Counted from the stretch's first letter, positions 37,575 through 48,232 are shown. The stretch: 64,000 nucleotides of DNA from Tagaea sp. (GCA_965279525.1 CBDIIB010000005.1:800001-864000); one strand, 5' to 3'. The notes: generated from the letters alone by a model not told the origin. Numbers and translations are program-made.

Positions 37575-39728
37575 TCAGTTCTGCAGCCCCGACAGTTGGT
37601 AGCGTAGCGCGCCCGTGTCGGGAGCGATGCTGGATGCGTCAACGACTCCGTGGCGCATGAGCTTCTTGGTATGGACTTTCGACAGGATACGCCCGATACC
37701 CACGGGCGTTCGGCCGTAGATCGCAAGGAAGCGCGCGATCACATCACGCTGCGCTTCGTCCAGCACAAACCGGATCTGGCGCGGATCAGAAAAGCGGTAC
37801 GATTCGATGGGCCGGGGGTTGGCGTCGGCATAGAACGCGGCCAGATCGAAGCGGAATTCGGCAGCGATCTCGGTGTCGGATCCGTCGAACAGGTTGGTCA
37901 TTCGTAGCTCGTGATAGCGCACGGCATCCGCAACGAACTCGCGCACCGCTTCCCCATCCCTTCCCTCGGCAGCAAGAACCTTAAGCACACTTGCAGCCGC
38001 AAGCGTCGCTAGATCGGGAGCGAATTCGGTGATTGCGCGCGTCTTGTGGACGAACAGCAGATTGTTCCCCAGCTCTCCGTCGATGAACCTCTGCACTACG
38101 CCCGGCTCCTGGACAAATTCCTCGAGCGTTGTCTTTTCCTGCCAAAGCTCGGTTGCCGTCGCTTCGGCGAAACGGTCGAAAAGCGCCTGCAGTCCCGGTG
38201 GCGCCGGCGTTTCCAGCAGGGCTTCGATCCATTTCCAGCGCGAGATGCCGAGTACGCCCAGCAACTTCAGAATCGTCGAGAAGACGCTATCGTTGTAAAA
38301 GATCGTTACCATGAGATGCATCTTGCGGCAGGCGATGTAGTCGTCGAACGACAGCGTGCTGTGCGCGACGCATACTTCCTCGATCTCCGCTGCAACGATC
38401 GGTTCACCGCACAGCTCGAAGTGGCCGTAGCAGCGCGGCAGCACGCGGTAACGCGTGTCCATGCGATACTTGTCCTTGGTCGCGCGCGTCGCTAGGTCCG
38501 TGCCCGGCAGCAGCATGAGCTGGAACAAGTAGATGTTCGTGAATCCCGCCTCGAGCACGGTCCGCACGGTCTTGAAGTGTTTCTCGCGCGAGTCGCCGGG
38601 CAGGGCCAGAATAATCTCGGAATAGGAGTTCGCGCCGACCTCGCTGGCCGACAAGGCGAGATCCATCAGCCCGTCGGCAGAAATGTTCGACCTCTTGATA
38701 TTTTCGAGAACCTCGGGATCGAGGCTCTGGACGGAGCCGGACAGGCGCAGCGCGCCGTCGATGAGGCGGCTTGCCTCCAGCACTCGCTCCTTCTGATTCT
38801 TGCCCGTCGCAACATTGATGTATTCGGGCCAACCATACTCCGTACGCGCGTCTTTCAATGAACGGCAGACGTCGAGATCCTCGCGGTACATGCCGAAGTT
38901 CGAGTCCGCGATGAAAAGGTCATTGCGGCCGCCTTTGCTGCGGGCCGCCTTCATGTGCCGGCCGATATACGCGATCTCTGCCGCAGCTTTGGCGCCGGCG
39001 CCCCGATTGACCTTGTTGTAGTATCGTTCGCCTTCCACGCAGAACGTGCAGGAGAACGGGCAACCTCGATTTGTCTGGATGATCGGCATCAACGCGCCGT
39101 CGAAAAACTCGTCGAGACGGCCGCTGAGATAGGGCGAGGGAATGTCAGAGAGATTTGTGATGCGGGCCACCGGCGGCCTGAGATGGGCCGTGCCGCCGCG
39201 CGTCATCGCGTGGACCGATCCCAGGTCCTTTCTTTTCACGCTTTCGACATCTCCTTGCGAATCGAGCAGCGCCTCGAGGAGGCGCGCAAAGGCGATCTCG
39301 CCTTCCTTCTCGACGTAGAAATCGAGGGCCGGACGCGACTGCAGGAATTGCGTCTGCTCCTCGGCGGTGATCGGATAGTTCGGCCCACCCATCACGGTCA
39401 CTGTTGAAGGCCAGTTTTTCTTGATCGACTCGCAGAAGCGATACGACAGATTGTGGTTCCACACGTAGTTCGAAAATCCGATCAATGTCGGAGCACCGAA
39501 ACGCTCGAGAAATTCGATCAGTTTCTCGGGGTACTTGATGATCCGGATGGGTTCCTTCAGCGCAAAGTACGCTTCGGCATATGCCGCGATGCCCCCGACC
39601 GCCTGCGGCATGACGTCGGCTGCGATCGTCTGCTGCGTGTAGGTCAAATCGACCAGCCACACGGTGACGTCCCTGGCGTCGCGCCGCAGCGTCTCATGCG
39701 TCCTAGTTTCTGGCGTTTGCGTCGTCAC
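37575..39728 (-). CDS. Cobalamin-binding radical SAM protein
   Basis: GFSNYVWN...GGPN B12-binding domain, EGE, IPSPY, NRGCPFSCTFC, ADSNFG. Confidence 0.88.
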   Translation of the reverse strand: MTTQTPETRTHETLRRDARDVTVWLVDLTYTQQTIAADVMPQAVGGIAAYAEAYFALKEPIRIIKYPEKLIEFLERFGAPTLIGFSNYVWNHNLSYRFCESIKKNWPSTVTVMGGPNYPITAEEQTQFLQSRPALDFYVEKEGEIAFARLLEALLDSQGDVESVKRKDLGSVHAMTRGGTAHLRPPVARITNLSDIPSPYLSGRLDEFFDGALMPIIQTNRGCPFSCTFCVEGERYYNKVNRGAGAKAAAEIAYIGRHMKAARSKGGRNDLFIADSNFGMYREDLDVCRSLKDARTEYGWPEYINVATGKNQKERVLEASRLIDGALRLSGSVQSLDPEVLENIKRSNISADGLMDLALSASEVGANSYSEIILALPGDSREKHFKTVRTVLEAGFTNIYLFQLMLLPGTDLATRATKDKYRMDTRYRVLPRCYGHFELCGEPIVAAEIEEVCVAHSTLSFDDYIACRKMHLMVTIFYNDSVFSTILKLLGVLGISRWKWIEALLETPAPPGLQALFDRFAEATATELWQEKTTLEEFVQEPGVVQRFIDGELGNNLLFVHKTRAITEFAPDLATLAAASVLKVLAAEGRDGEAVREFVADAVRYHELRMTNLFDGSDTEIAAEFRFDLAAFYADANPRPIESYRFSDPRQIRFVLDEAQRDVIARFLAIYGRTPVGIGRILSKVHTKKLMRHGVVDASSIAPDTGALRYQLSGLQN

Positions 39729-39837
39729 CGCATTTCCCGTCTTAAAGGCGTTGCGTCCGAAAATCGCCGATAACTCCGGCGCTGCATAGCACGTCACCTG
39801 TGCCCCAACAATGGGGCCGGATGGCCTGCCTTCGTGG

Positions 39838-40566
39838 CTAGGGCTTCACGCCGATGACCAGCGCCTGGCGTTCCTTGGACCAGCGAAGCCACTTGCCGCG
39901 CGGCGGCAGCGGCAGATGCAGCGTTATGTCCGACAGAAGCCGGAAAAACGCCGAACGCCAGACGATCGGAAGCTGGACCAGCGACCGGCCGCGAATATGC
40001 CCAAAACCGTAGACAGTCAGGCAATGCACCAGCGAACCCACGGTATAGGGCGTGCAATGCGTGAATCCACCAAAGAAGCTACGCCAGCAATAGTACCAGT
40101 CGGGCGAAACAAGCACCAGAACCCCGCCCGGCTTCAGGACCCGTTTGATCTCTTTCATGTAGTGCGGCAACTCGAAGTAATAGAGGTGCTCGATCACGGA
40201 TTTCGAGAAAATCAGGTCGACACTGTTGTCGGCAAACGGCAGCGTTTCGACCGCGAAGTCGCACACAACATGCTGGTCGGGTACCACGAGAGATTGTTCG
40301 CTTTGCACTTCGCGATCGACACCGACAGCCCTGAAACCGAGCGCTTCGAGCGCGCGCACGTGATCGCCGCGGCCACAGCCCAGATCGACGGCGAACCCGC
40401 CCGGGAGACCGACGAGATCACGCACGATGTACGCCATGAGCTGGTGCGGGTAGTTCGACCTCGGCTTGGTCTCCAGACTGTAGGCAACGACCGATATGTC
40501 CGGGCGATCCGGACGCTCGGCGGCGCCGGTAGCATTCGGCTCAGGCATTCTTGTATCCGATGTCAT
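39838..40566 (-). CDS. SAM-dependent methyltransferase (Methyltransf_11)
   Basis: VDLGCGRG, FSKSVIEH, LKPGG. Confidence 0.88.
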   Translation of the reverse strand: MTSDTRMPEPNATGAAERPDRPDISVVAYSLETKPRSNYPHQLMAYIVRDLVGLPGGFAVDLGCGRGDHVRALEALGFRAVGVDREVQSEQSLVVPDQHVVCDFAVETLPFADNSVDLIFSKSVIEHLYYFELPHYMKEIKRVLKPGGVLVLVSPDWYYCWRSFFGGFTHCTPYTVGSLVHCLTVYGFGHIRGRSLVQLPIVWRSAFFRLLSDITLHLPLPPRGKWLRWSKERQALVIGVKP

Positions 40567-40567
40567 C

Positions 40568-41989
40568 CTAAACCATCCGTAATTCGAGATTGTCGCCGGG
40601 TGCGCGGGTCAACTCCTCCGCCAGGGCGGCCAGACGTGCCGGATATCCCGGCCCCTCCATCTCGACATGCCGATGCGCATGCGCAAGGAGGCCGGCGCGG
40701 ACGCGCGGATCATGCGCCTGGGCCATCATGCGACTGGCGGCCTCGGCGAATGCTTCCGGCTCTTCGCAGATATTGATGCCCTCCACGCCCCAGAATTCCT
40801 CGAAATGAATCAGGCGCGAAACGATCGCCGTATGGCGCTGGGAGGCCGAGGCCATGTCCTTGCGCGGGAAATACATCAGCACCGGCTTGCCCAGCAAGGT
40901 CGCCTCGAGAAGCATCGTCGACAGCGGCGAGATTACCGCCTCGACCAGTTCCAGCAGCTTTCGCGTGGTGCGATAGTCTACCATTTCAAATGCATCGACG
41001 CGGCCAGCCACGCAGCGGCGATAATAGTCTTCGAGATGAGGGTCGAGCGTGATGTGCTTGGGATTGATCTCGTAGAGCGATTGCTCGCCTTCAGCCATTT
41101 CACCGCGCCACGGATGGGGCCGGTAGATCACGTGGCAGTCGGGGATATCCCCGCGCTCGATGCAATCATCAAGCAGTTTCAGATACTTGGACTCGTGCAC
41201 CCCTTTGCTCGAACCCGCGTACAGAATAATGCGCTTGCCGGCCGGCACGCGGAATAACGCTCGCAACTCGGCGTCCGTCTCGCTCACCTTTTGGCGATAC
41301 ACCTCGAACTGGGCAGCACCGAGACAGGCAATCCGCTCTTCGGGCAGCTTCATGAACTCGATCGCATGACGCTTGGTCTGCTCGCCCCACACCACCAGTC
41401 GGGTCGGCTCGGCGGACAGCACGGCCTTGCTCGACGGATTGTCCCAGCTATTCATCAGCAGCACGCAAGGAATGCTCAATTCTGCACTCGCCAGCACGAG
41501 ATCGTTTATGAAGTAGCCGGCGAGAATCGTCGGATGCAGCACGATGTCGGGCTTGTGCGCAGACAGGAAATCGCGGATGCCCGCGTGGGTTCCGAGTCCA
41601 GCAAGCAACAGGCGACGCACGAGCCAGAAAAACGGCGGCAGCGAAGCGAACTCGTAGAGCCGTACCCGCCATTCGCCGCGCCGATTGGCTGCCAACATAC
41701 GGCGAATTGCGTCGTAATTCGCGGTCCCTCGCTGGTGGTGAAGCATCGTGATGCAGAACAGCCGGTCCCATGCGCCCATGCGCGCGCGCGGCACGTCGAG
41801 CGTCAGCGTCCGCGCAAGGCCTAGAGCGCGCCAATCGGCGTGGATGCCGCGTTTGGCCGCGTTCTCGGATTCATGGAAGACGTACGTTACCTCAAACTTC
41901 TTTTCCAGATCGGCAAATGCGCCCGACTGGATGAAATGCCGAATCGCGACGTCGAAATCGATCAGGACAAAGGCACGCTTTTTCTGCAT
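40568..41989 (-). CDS. Putative GT-B fold transferase
   Basis: NSWDN, VVWGE, YRPHP, STMLLEATLLGKPV. Confidence 0.62.
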   Translation of the reverse strand: MQKKRAFVLIDFDVAIRHFIQSGAFADLEKKFEVTYVFHESENAAKRGIHADWRALGLARTLTLDVPRARMGAWDRLFCITMLHHQRGTANYDAIRRMLAANRRGEWRVRLYEFASLPPFFWLVRRLLLAGLGTHAGIRDFLSAHKPDIVLHPTILAGYFINDLVLASAELSIPCVLLMNSWDNPSSKAVLSAEPTRLVVWGEQTKRHAIEFMKLPEERIACLGAAQFEVYRQKVSETDAELRALFRVPAGKRIILYAGSSKGVHESKYLKLLDDCIERGDIPDCHVIYRPHPWRGEMAEGEQSLYEINPKHITLDPHLEDYYRRCVAGRVDAFEMVDYRTTRKLLELVEAVISPLSTMLLEATLLGKPVLMYFPRKDMASASQRHTAIVSRLIHFEEFWGVEGINICEEPEAFAEAASRMMAQAHDPRVRAGLLAHAHRHVEMEGPGYPARLAALAEELTRAPGDNLELRMV

Positions 41990-41997
41990 TTCCGGAC

Positions 41998-42732
41998 CTA
42001 GCTGGCGCTATCGCGCGGCGGCTTGAAGGGATGTGCCAGACCCCGCTCGATCAGCGCTTCGGCCAACGGGATGTCTTCCGCGCGATCGAGATCGAAGTTG
42101 GACGGGTAGGAAATCTCGGTCGTCGCCATCGGCGAGGCGAAGAATCCCTCGCCGCGCAGAAGCGCCTCGCAGCGTGCGGCGACGAGATTGCCGAAATAGA
42201 AGCACCTCGGCTTGCGCTGTTTGTTGTAGCCGGCCGCGCGCTGTTCGGCGAAGACGAAACGCACGCGGCCGCCCTCGACTTCCCGGCTGTTCCACGCGTG
42301 GAAATTGTGCGGCGCTTGCGTCACGTTGTGACCGCTTTGAGCCGATGGATCGGCCGCCAGGACTGTCAGCAGTGCGCGGACATCTTCTGGCTGCAGAAAG
42401 GGCGATGTCGGCTGCACGAGAACCAGTATCTCCGGCAACTTCACGGTCTGGCGCGCGAGAAACTCCGCTGCGACGTCGGCAACGCCAACGTCGTCACCGC
42501 AAAGATCGGCCGGCCGATGATCGACCTCGATTCCGTGCCGTCGCGCCAGATCCGCAATCGGCGCCGACTCGGTCGAGCAGACAATCCGCTGCAGCACACT
42601 GCTGTGCTGGGCCGCCCAGATGCCGTAACTCATCAACGGCACGCCTGCCAGCGGCACCAGATTCTTTAGCGGAATGCTCTTCGAGCCACCGCGCGCCGGG
42701 ACCAGCGCCCAGGCTGTCGGAAGATCCGTCAC
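41998..42732 (-). CDS. neuA: Acylneuraminate cytidylyltransferase
   Basis: VPARGGSKSIPLKN, QPTSPF, DLDRAED. Confidence 0.88.
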   Translation of the reverse strand: MTDLPTAWALVPARGGSKSIPLKNLVPLAGVPLMSYGIWAAQHSSVLQRIVCSTESAPIADLARRHGIEVDHRPADLCGDDVGVADVAAEFLARQTVKLPEILVLVQPTSPFLQPEDVRALLTVLAADPSAQSGHNVTQAPHNFHAWNSREVEGGRVRFVFAEQRAAGYNKQRKPRCFYFGNLVAARCEALLRGEGFFASPMATTEISYPSNFDLDRAEDIPLAEALIERGLAHPFKPPRDSAS

Positions 42733-43703
42733 GATGCACCGCCCGCCTGTAGCGCACGCAGCGCCTTGTCGATGACGAAACGTTCGGTCTCACGCCACGC
42801 ATCGACGGTGGAACCGCCGATATGCGGCGTCAGCAGCAGATTGGCGTGCGTTCGCGCATAGCCCAGCAGCCGCGAACTGCCAAAGGAACGAACAAAATCA
42901 GGATCGTACTCGCCGTCCACGGTATCGAGAGCGGCCCCGGCCAGATGGCCGGATTCCAGAAGGTCCAACACGGCCTGCACGTCGAGAAGCTCGCCGCGCG
43001 CGGTGTTCACAACTACCGCACCGCGCGGCAAGGCCTGCAGCACCGCCCGCGACACAAGTCCGGCGGTTTCAGAGTTTGCGACGGCATGAAGACTCAGGAC
43101 GTCGCTTCGGGCAGCCAGATCGAGCAGGTCCTTCGCCCCACCCGGGACATGCGGATCATAGAAGGCGACCTGCATTCCCATCGCTTCGGCAATCCGGGCG
43201 ACCTTGCGGCCCAGGCGCCCGTAGCCAACGAGTCCCAGACGCATGCGCGACAGCATGCGGGGCGCGGGCCACGGCCGCCTGTCCCACTGGCCGGCGAGCA
43301 CGGCTTGCGACGCCTGCGGAATGCGGCGCCAGAGAGCGAGCAGCAGGCCGATGGTGTGTTCAGCCGTCGGCGTGATCGTTTCGAGAAATGCCTGCTCGTC
43401 GTGCAGCGCGCAAACCGCGACGCCGCGGCGGCGCGCTTCGATGGCGTCAATGTGCGGAATGCCGGTCGTGTTCGAAATAACGGCTCGTAGGCGCGGGCAG
43501 CGCGCCAACTTGGCGGCATCGACCCGGAAACCCAACGGCGCACAAAGTAATGCAATCTCGCGCAGGACGTCGCCGTCGTCCTGGCGCGGATCGTCGCATT
43601 CGACCAGATCGAGGGCCGCGCGCAGCACCGCCAGGTTCTCGGGCTGGTACTGCATCACGCGATAGTAGAGGCCCTTGGGCCGCGGCTGCGCGGGAACGCC
43701 CAT
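42729..43703 (-). CDS. D-isomer-specific 2-hydroxyacid dehydrogenase
   Basis: TAEH, GLVGYGRLG, VNTARGELLD, GAALD, TPHIGGST. Confidence 0.88.
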   Translation of the reverse strand: MGVPAQPRPKGLYYRVMQYQPENLAVLRAALDLVECDDPRQDDGDVLREIALLCAPLGFRVDAAKLARCPRLRAVISNTTGIPHIDAIEARRRGVAVCALHDEQAFLETITPTAEHTIGLLLALWRRIPQASQAVLAGQWDRRPWPAPRMLSRMRLGLVGYGRLGRKVARIAEAMGMQVAFYDPHVPGGAKDLLDLAARSDVLSLHAVANSETAGLVSRAVLQALPRGAVVVNTARGELLDVQAVLDLLESGHLAGAALDTVDGEYDPDFVRSFGSSRLLGYARTHANLLLTPHIGGSTVDAWRETERFVIDKALRALQAGGAS

Positions 43704-43707
43704 TGAC

Positions 43708-44748
43708 TCACCGCGTCAGCAGGTCGGCTTCGAGCAGCGGCTCGTCGGCTTTCAATGCGCGTACCAACGTGCACCCCAGGACCTCATCGATGCGATTGGG
43801 AAGAATGCCGTCGCCCGGGCGCTTGGCCGCAAGATCTTCGGCATGCAGCACATGACCCGCAGGCAGGTCGCGACGTGCCACCAGCGATTTCAGGGCCCAA
43901 GCCATCCCGGCCTTCTCGCTGGGTGCCGGAACCTTGCTGCCGTGACCGAGCATACGCTCGACGCGCCGGATCTCCTCGACGAACTGCGCAAAGTCCTCGG
44001 GTCCTGCCGAAACCTTCCAGTCCTGCGCGTTGGGTACGTTGCGCAGGATCGTGATGTGTTTTTCGACGATCTTGGCGCCACGGCCGACCGCCAGAAGAAT
44101 CGCGAGATGATCTGGTGTGTGATCCGAATAGCCGACGGGTCCGGGGAACAATGCCCGCAGACGGTCCATGGCACGCAGATTGACGTCTTCGTCGGGCGCC
44201 GGGTAGCTGGTCACGCAATGCAGCAGCGCAAGCTCACGACAGCCGCCGCGCGCGCAAGCCGCGATCGCCTCCGCGACGTCTGCTTCGCCGTACATACCCG
44301 TTGAAACCGTCATGGGCTTGCCGAGTCCGGCAAGCTTCTGCAGAAAAGCGGGATTGTTGCGCTCGCCCGAGCCCACTTTCACCATCGGCACGTCGAGTTC
44401 GGCCAGCCACGATATCCGCGATTCGTCGTGGGCCGTCGACATGAATGCTATTCCGCGCTTGTCGCAGCGGTCCTTGAGGGCGCGCGCCTGCTTGAAGTCG
44501 AGATTTCGGGGCCGCAGCCGTTCACGCCACTCCGGCGCGCGTGCGGCAATCAGCTCGTCGACATCGAAGAACTGCGTCTTGAACGCGTCGGCACCGGCAT
44601 CGGCCGCAAGATCGACCAGTTGGCAGGCAAGATCCCAGTCACCGAAGTGTGCCACACCGGCTTCGGCAATTACGAAACATGGCGCATCTCCGCCGATCGC
44701 ACGCCCGGCGGCCGCGAAAGTCGGTTCGAAATCCGATGCTCTGGTCAT
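43708..44748 (-). CDS. neuB: Nonulosonic acid synthase (NeuB family) with SAF domain
   Basis: IAEAGVAHFGD, KVGSGE, STGM, HCVTSYP, GYSDHT, EKHIT, KRPGDGI. Confidence 0.88.
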   Translation of the reverse strand: MTRASDFEPTFAAAGRAIGGDAPCFVIAEAGVAHFGDWDLACQLVDLAADAGADAFKTQFFDVDELIAARAPEWRERLRPRNLDFKQARALKDRCDKRGIAFMSTAHDESRISWLAELDVPMVKVGSGERNNPAFLQKLAGLGKPMTVSTGMYGEADVAEAIAACARGGCRELALLHCVTSYPAPDEDVNLRAMDRLRALFPGPVGYSDHTPDHLAILLAVGRGAKIVEKHITILRNVPNAQDWKVSAGPEDFAQFVEEIRRVERMLGHGSKVPAPSEKAGMAWALKSLVARRDLPAGHVLHAEDLAAKRPGDGILPNRIDEVLGCTLVRALKADEPLLEADLLTR

Positions 44749-46577
44749 TCTGCTGCCGATCTCTGCTGGTTTTTCGCCATGTCGCGGAACAGTTCGTCGC
44801 TGTCAATGAGCTCTTGATAGGTTCCACGCGCACGCACGCGGCCGTTCTCCATCACGAAAATCCCGTCACAGCGCGCCACCGTCGTCAACCGGTGCGCGAT
44901 GACCACGACGGTCATCCTGCCGCGCAGCTTGTCCAGCGTCCTCTGGATGGAGGTTTCGGTGAGTGTGTCGAGCGCGCTGGTCGCCTCGTCAAGCACCAGG
45001 ATCTCTGGGTTCCGGTAAAGGGCGCGCGCAATCGCCAGGCGCTGGCGCTGTCCGCCCGACAGGCGCAGGCCGCGATCGCCGACCGGCGCGCCGAGCCCCT
45101 GCGACAGGCCCTCGACCATGTCTTCGATCGCCGCCATCTTGATCACTTCGGCCAGACGCGTCTCGTCGATTTCGGCTGGCGCAACGCCGAAGGCGATGTT
45201 GGCCCTTATCGTGCCATCGATCAGGAACGGCGACTGGGCCACATAGCCAATGCGCATACGCCATTGCGCCAGATCGATATTGGCGAGATCGCGGTCTTCG
45301 ACGCGGATGCGCCCGTGCGTCGGCACGAGAAGCCCCAGAAGCAGATCGACGGCCGTGCTCTTGCCCGCACCAGAAGGTCCGACCAAACCGTAGAAGCAAC
45401 CTCTTTGGAACACAAAATCAAGCTCCTGCACAGCGGCCGATTTACTCTTCGAGTAGGCAAACGAAACGTCCTCGAACGTAATTCTGCACCAGTCGGGGAC
45501 GGCAAGCTTTCCCTCGGATCGATCGTCTGAAGGCAGTGTCTTGAGCTGGGTCACAACCTGGGACAGCTTTTCGATCCACGGGAGCAGCCCCAAGAGACTC
45601 GTGAGAGCGCCGTGGAAGCGGTTGACTGCCGGAACGACCCGCGACGAGATTAGAACCAGCAGCGCGATCTGGAACGTGATCGATCCCGCAGTCTCGCCGA
45701 CGAGCCAGATCAGATAGGCGATCGCAATCAGCGCGATCTGGCCAAGCAGCAACAGCACCACGCCCGCACTCTGGTTCCAGTTGCTGATATGCGCGTAATT
45801 GCGCACGACGATGCCGTATGTCGATGCAAACGCCTCGGAGAATAGACCCGGTCCCCCGCTCAGCTTAATGTCCTTGATCCCGGCCAGCGCTTCGGACGCC
45901 AGTTGCGTGACCCGGTCCTGGGCGCGCCTTCTGTCGGCAATATATCGCCGGGTCCGGAGGCGGATCATGTAGATCAGCGCAACCCCGAGAACACCGAGCA
46001 CGAGCATCGTGCCGATGCCGACCTGTGGCGAAAGCGTCATCAGTAGGCCCGTCGGCAGCAGAATCATTGCGCCGTCCTTAACTAGGATGAGGCTTCGCAT
46101 GACGAATTCGCGCCCCCATATCGAGACTTCGTTCTGGAAGGTCTGGGCAAGCACCGCATGGTTGCGCGCGGCAATCCAGTTGTACGGGGCCGCGACATAG
46201 GCCTGCATCAGTTCGCGCGACAGCCGCAGTTGACAGTCGGCGCCGAAATGGCTGAACTTGGACTGGACCCAGATGCTCGCGAGACTGCTGCATGCGAGGA
46301 GCACGATGGACCCCGCGCCCAGCACGCTCAAGACGACAAAGAAGCTGGGCGCGCCAAATTGGGCATGGATCGCCACCGCCTTTGCGCTACGCGTCAAGAG
46401 GTCGGGGTCGATCACCAGCGAAATGAACGGCATCACTGATCCAAGGGCCGCAAGGTCGAGAAATGCATGTGCCACGCTCGCCGCAACCAGCCAATAGCCG
46501 GTCTTGCGCTGGGTGGCAGAAAGCAGCCCGAAGCCACCAGACACAATCGCGAGAACGGATTTAAGGCGCGCAATCAT
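44745..46577 (-). CDS. ABC exporter, fused TMD-NBD (PglK/MsbA-like)
   Basis: N-terminal TM helices; GPSGAGKST, LSGGQRQR, VLDEATSALD. Confidence 0.88.
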   Translation of the reverse strand: MIARLKSVLAIVSGGFGLLSATQRKTGYWLVAASVAHAFLDLAALGSVMPFISLVIDPDLLTRSAKAVAIHAQFGAPSFFVVLSVLGAGSIVLLACSSLASIWVQSKFSHFGADCQLRLSRELMQAYVAAPYNWIAARNHAVLAQTFQNEVSIWGREFVMRSLILVKDGAMILLPTGLLMTLSPQVGIGTMLVLGVLGVALIYMIRLRTRRYIADRRRAQDRVTQLASEALAGIKDIKLSGGPGLFSEAFASTYGIVVRNYAHISNWNQSAGVVLLLLGQIALIAIAYLIWLVGETAGSITFQIALLVLISSRVVPAVNRFHGALTSLLGLLPWIEKLSQVVTQLKTLPSDDRSEGKLAVPDWCRITFEDVSFAYSKSKSAAVQELDFVFQRGCFYGLVGPSGAGKSTAVDLLLGLLVPTHGRIRVEDRDLANIDLAQWRMRIGYVAQSPFLIDGTIRANIAFGVAPAEIDETRLAEVIKMAAIEDMVEGLSQGLGAPVGDRGLRLSGGQRQRLAIARALYRNPEILVLDEATSALDTLTETSIQRTLDKLRGRMTVVVIAHRLTTVARCDGIFVMENGRVRARGTYQELIDSDELFRDMAKNQQRSAAE

Positions 46578-48232
46578 GCTGCGAAAGCCGCCGACCTTCT
46601 CATCTTAAAGGAATGCAGGTGGGAATCCGGCGCATGGTACCAATCGGAGATCGCGGCGCATTCGGCCGCCAGTGCCGGGCCATTCGCAGCGATCAGCGAC
46701 TGAAAGTCTGCCCAAAGCTTTTGCTGACGGAAATCGTCATCGGCCAGGAAGCTGCCCTGCCAATCGGGATGGCCGAAGAACCAGCCCGCGAATATCTCGG
46801 CCCTGCGGCGACGGTCCTGCATGTCGCTCTTCAGCCAGTCGCCATTTAGCAGCGCGGCCTTGTAGACCGCCCTGTCGGCACTCGCCACCGCAAAGCCGGA
46901 CTTGTCGTACCAGCCCTTGTCGGCAATCAGCGCTGGCTTGCCCAGGCAAGAATATTCGATCGCGGCCGTGCCGTGCATCGTGACCACGCCGTCTGCAATC
47001 GCCATCACCGCGGCACCATTCCAGCGCTTGGGACTCAGACGAACGTTCGGCAATCCGCGATCCGACACCAGATCGTCGAGCGTGATGCCGCCGTACCATT
47101 CGTCGCACGGGTGTGGCCGGAACAGCCAGTTCACATCGCGATTGGCCGTTGCCTGCGCGAGCGTGAATTCGATCCAGTCTAGAAAATCCCGGAACTGGGA
47201 TGCGCCGAAACTCTTGGGATAGTCGAACCAATTGGCGGCATAGACGGCCACAATCGGCTTGGCTGGATCCCAGCCAAACCGTTCGGCGACCGCAGCGCGG
47301 TCGATCTTCTGATCCGACACGCCGAATGCGTAGACGGCCCCGTGATCGGTGGTCTGACCCGCAAGCCGCTTTCGGATATAGTCGCGGCCGACATCCCCGA
47401 GTGCCTTCTGTGCGTGCACGGGCAGCGCGTCCATTTCCGCCGCAGTCAGCCCATCGAGCGGCCGGAAGATGCCGTCGCCGGGCAGCACCTTCCAGAAGCG
47501 CGCGACGCCGAAGCAGCCGTAGAGCGCCACGACAGGGATGCCGCGCTGGGCGGCGATCCATGCGAGCGTGCCGCAGTCGAAATTTATGGCGCTGCTGAGT
47601 ACGACGAGCGTCGGCTTCACCGCGTCGAGTAGCCGCCTCGATGCCTCAAGCGACACGAGCAACTCGCAGACGAGGGCGGGCAATCGCGGATCCCGGGGAT
47701 CGACCTGCGCGGTACGCAGGTTCTTGAGGAATGTGTCGTAGGCACACGCTGCCGGGTAGTCGCCCGGAAGCCGCCACCTGCCCACGTCGTCCGGCCCGAC
47801 CGAGGCGGCGATGAGCTCGTCGGCCTGACGCCGCGCATCGGCGCTCGCGGGACGGAAGTCGACGTAGCGTACGAACGCATCGACGCCGAGGTCGCGCATG
47901 GCCATGCGGCTAGCACGCTTCTGGTAGCGCCCGAGGAACCCGACCTCGTGCGCCTTGGCCGTTCCCAAGGCTCGACGCAGCAGCGTCAGCCGCCACCAGT
48001 AGTTGGGGTTGTACCAGCTCCCGTCGATCAGCACCGTACCCGAAAATACCGCCGTCGTGCTGCGGCCGAGATCGCGCATCTGAGCCAAAGCCGTATCGCG
48101 GTGGCGCGCGATCTCGGCTTGACTACGCCGATAGGCGGGGTCGAATTTGCGCACGAAATCTACGCCCTCGCCCCACGCGGCACGCGCGGCGTCGGCAACT
48201 GGAACCGGCAAACGGTCGAGAAGCGCGTTCAC
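46574..48232 (-). CDS. Putative GT-B fold capsule-biosynthesis-type transferase
   Basis: GTG in GTGA overlap; WLFRPHP, TMHGTAAIEY, GKP. Confidence 0.65.
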   Translation of the reverse strand: MNALLDRLPVPVADAARAAWGEGVDFVRKFDPAYRRSQAEIARHRDTALAQMRDLGRSTTAVFSGTVLIDGSWYNPNYWWRLTLLRRALGTAKAHEVGFLGRYQKRASRMAMRDLGVDAFVRYVDFRPASADARRQADELIAASVGPDDVGRWRLPGDYPAACAYDTFLKNLRTAQVDPRDPRLPALVCELLVSLEASRRLLDAVKPTLVVLSSAINFDCGTLAWIAAQRGIPVVALYGCFGVARFWKVLPGDGIFRPLDGLTAAEMDALPVHAQKALGDVGRDYIRKRLAGQTTDHGAVYAFGVSDQKIDRAAVAERFGWDPAKPIVAVYAANWFDYPKSFGASQFRDFLDWIEFTLAQATANRDVNWLFRPHPCDEWYGGITLDDLVSDRGLPNVRLSPKRWNGAAVMAIADGVVTMHGTAAIEYSCLGKPALIADKGWYDKSGFAVASADRAVYKAALLNGDWLKSDMQDRRRRAEIFAGWFFGHPDWQGSFLADDDFRQQKLWADFQSLIAANGPALAAECAAISDWYHAPDSHLHSFKMRRSAAFAA

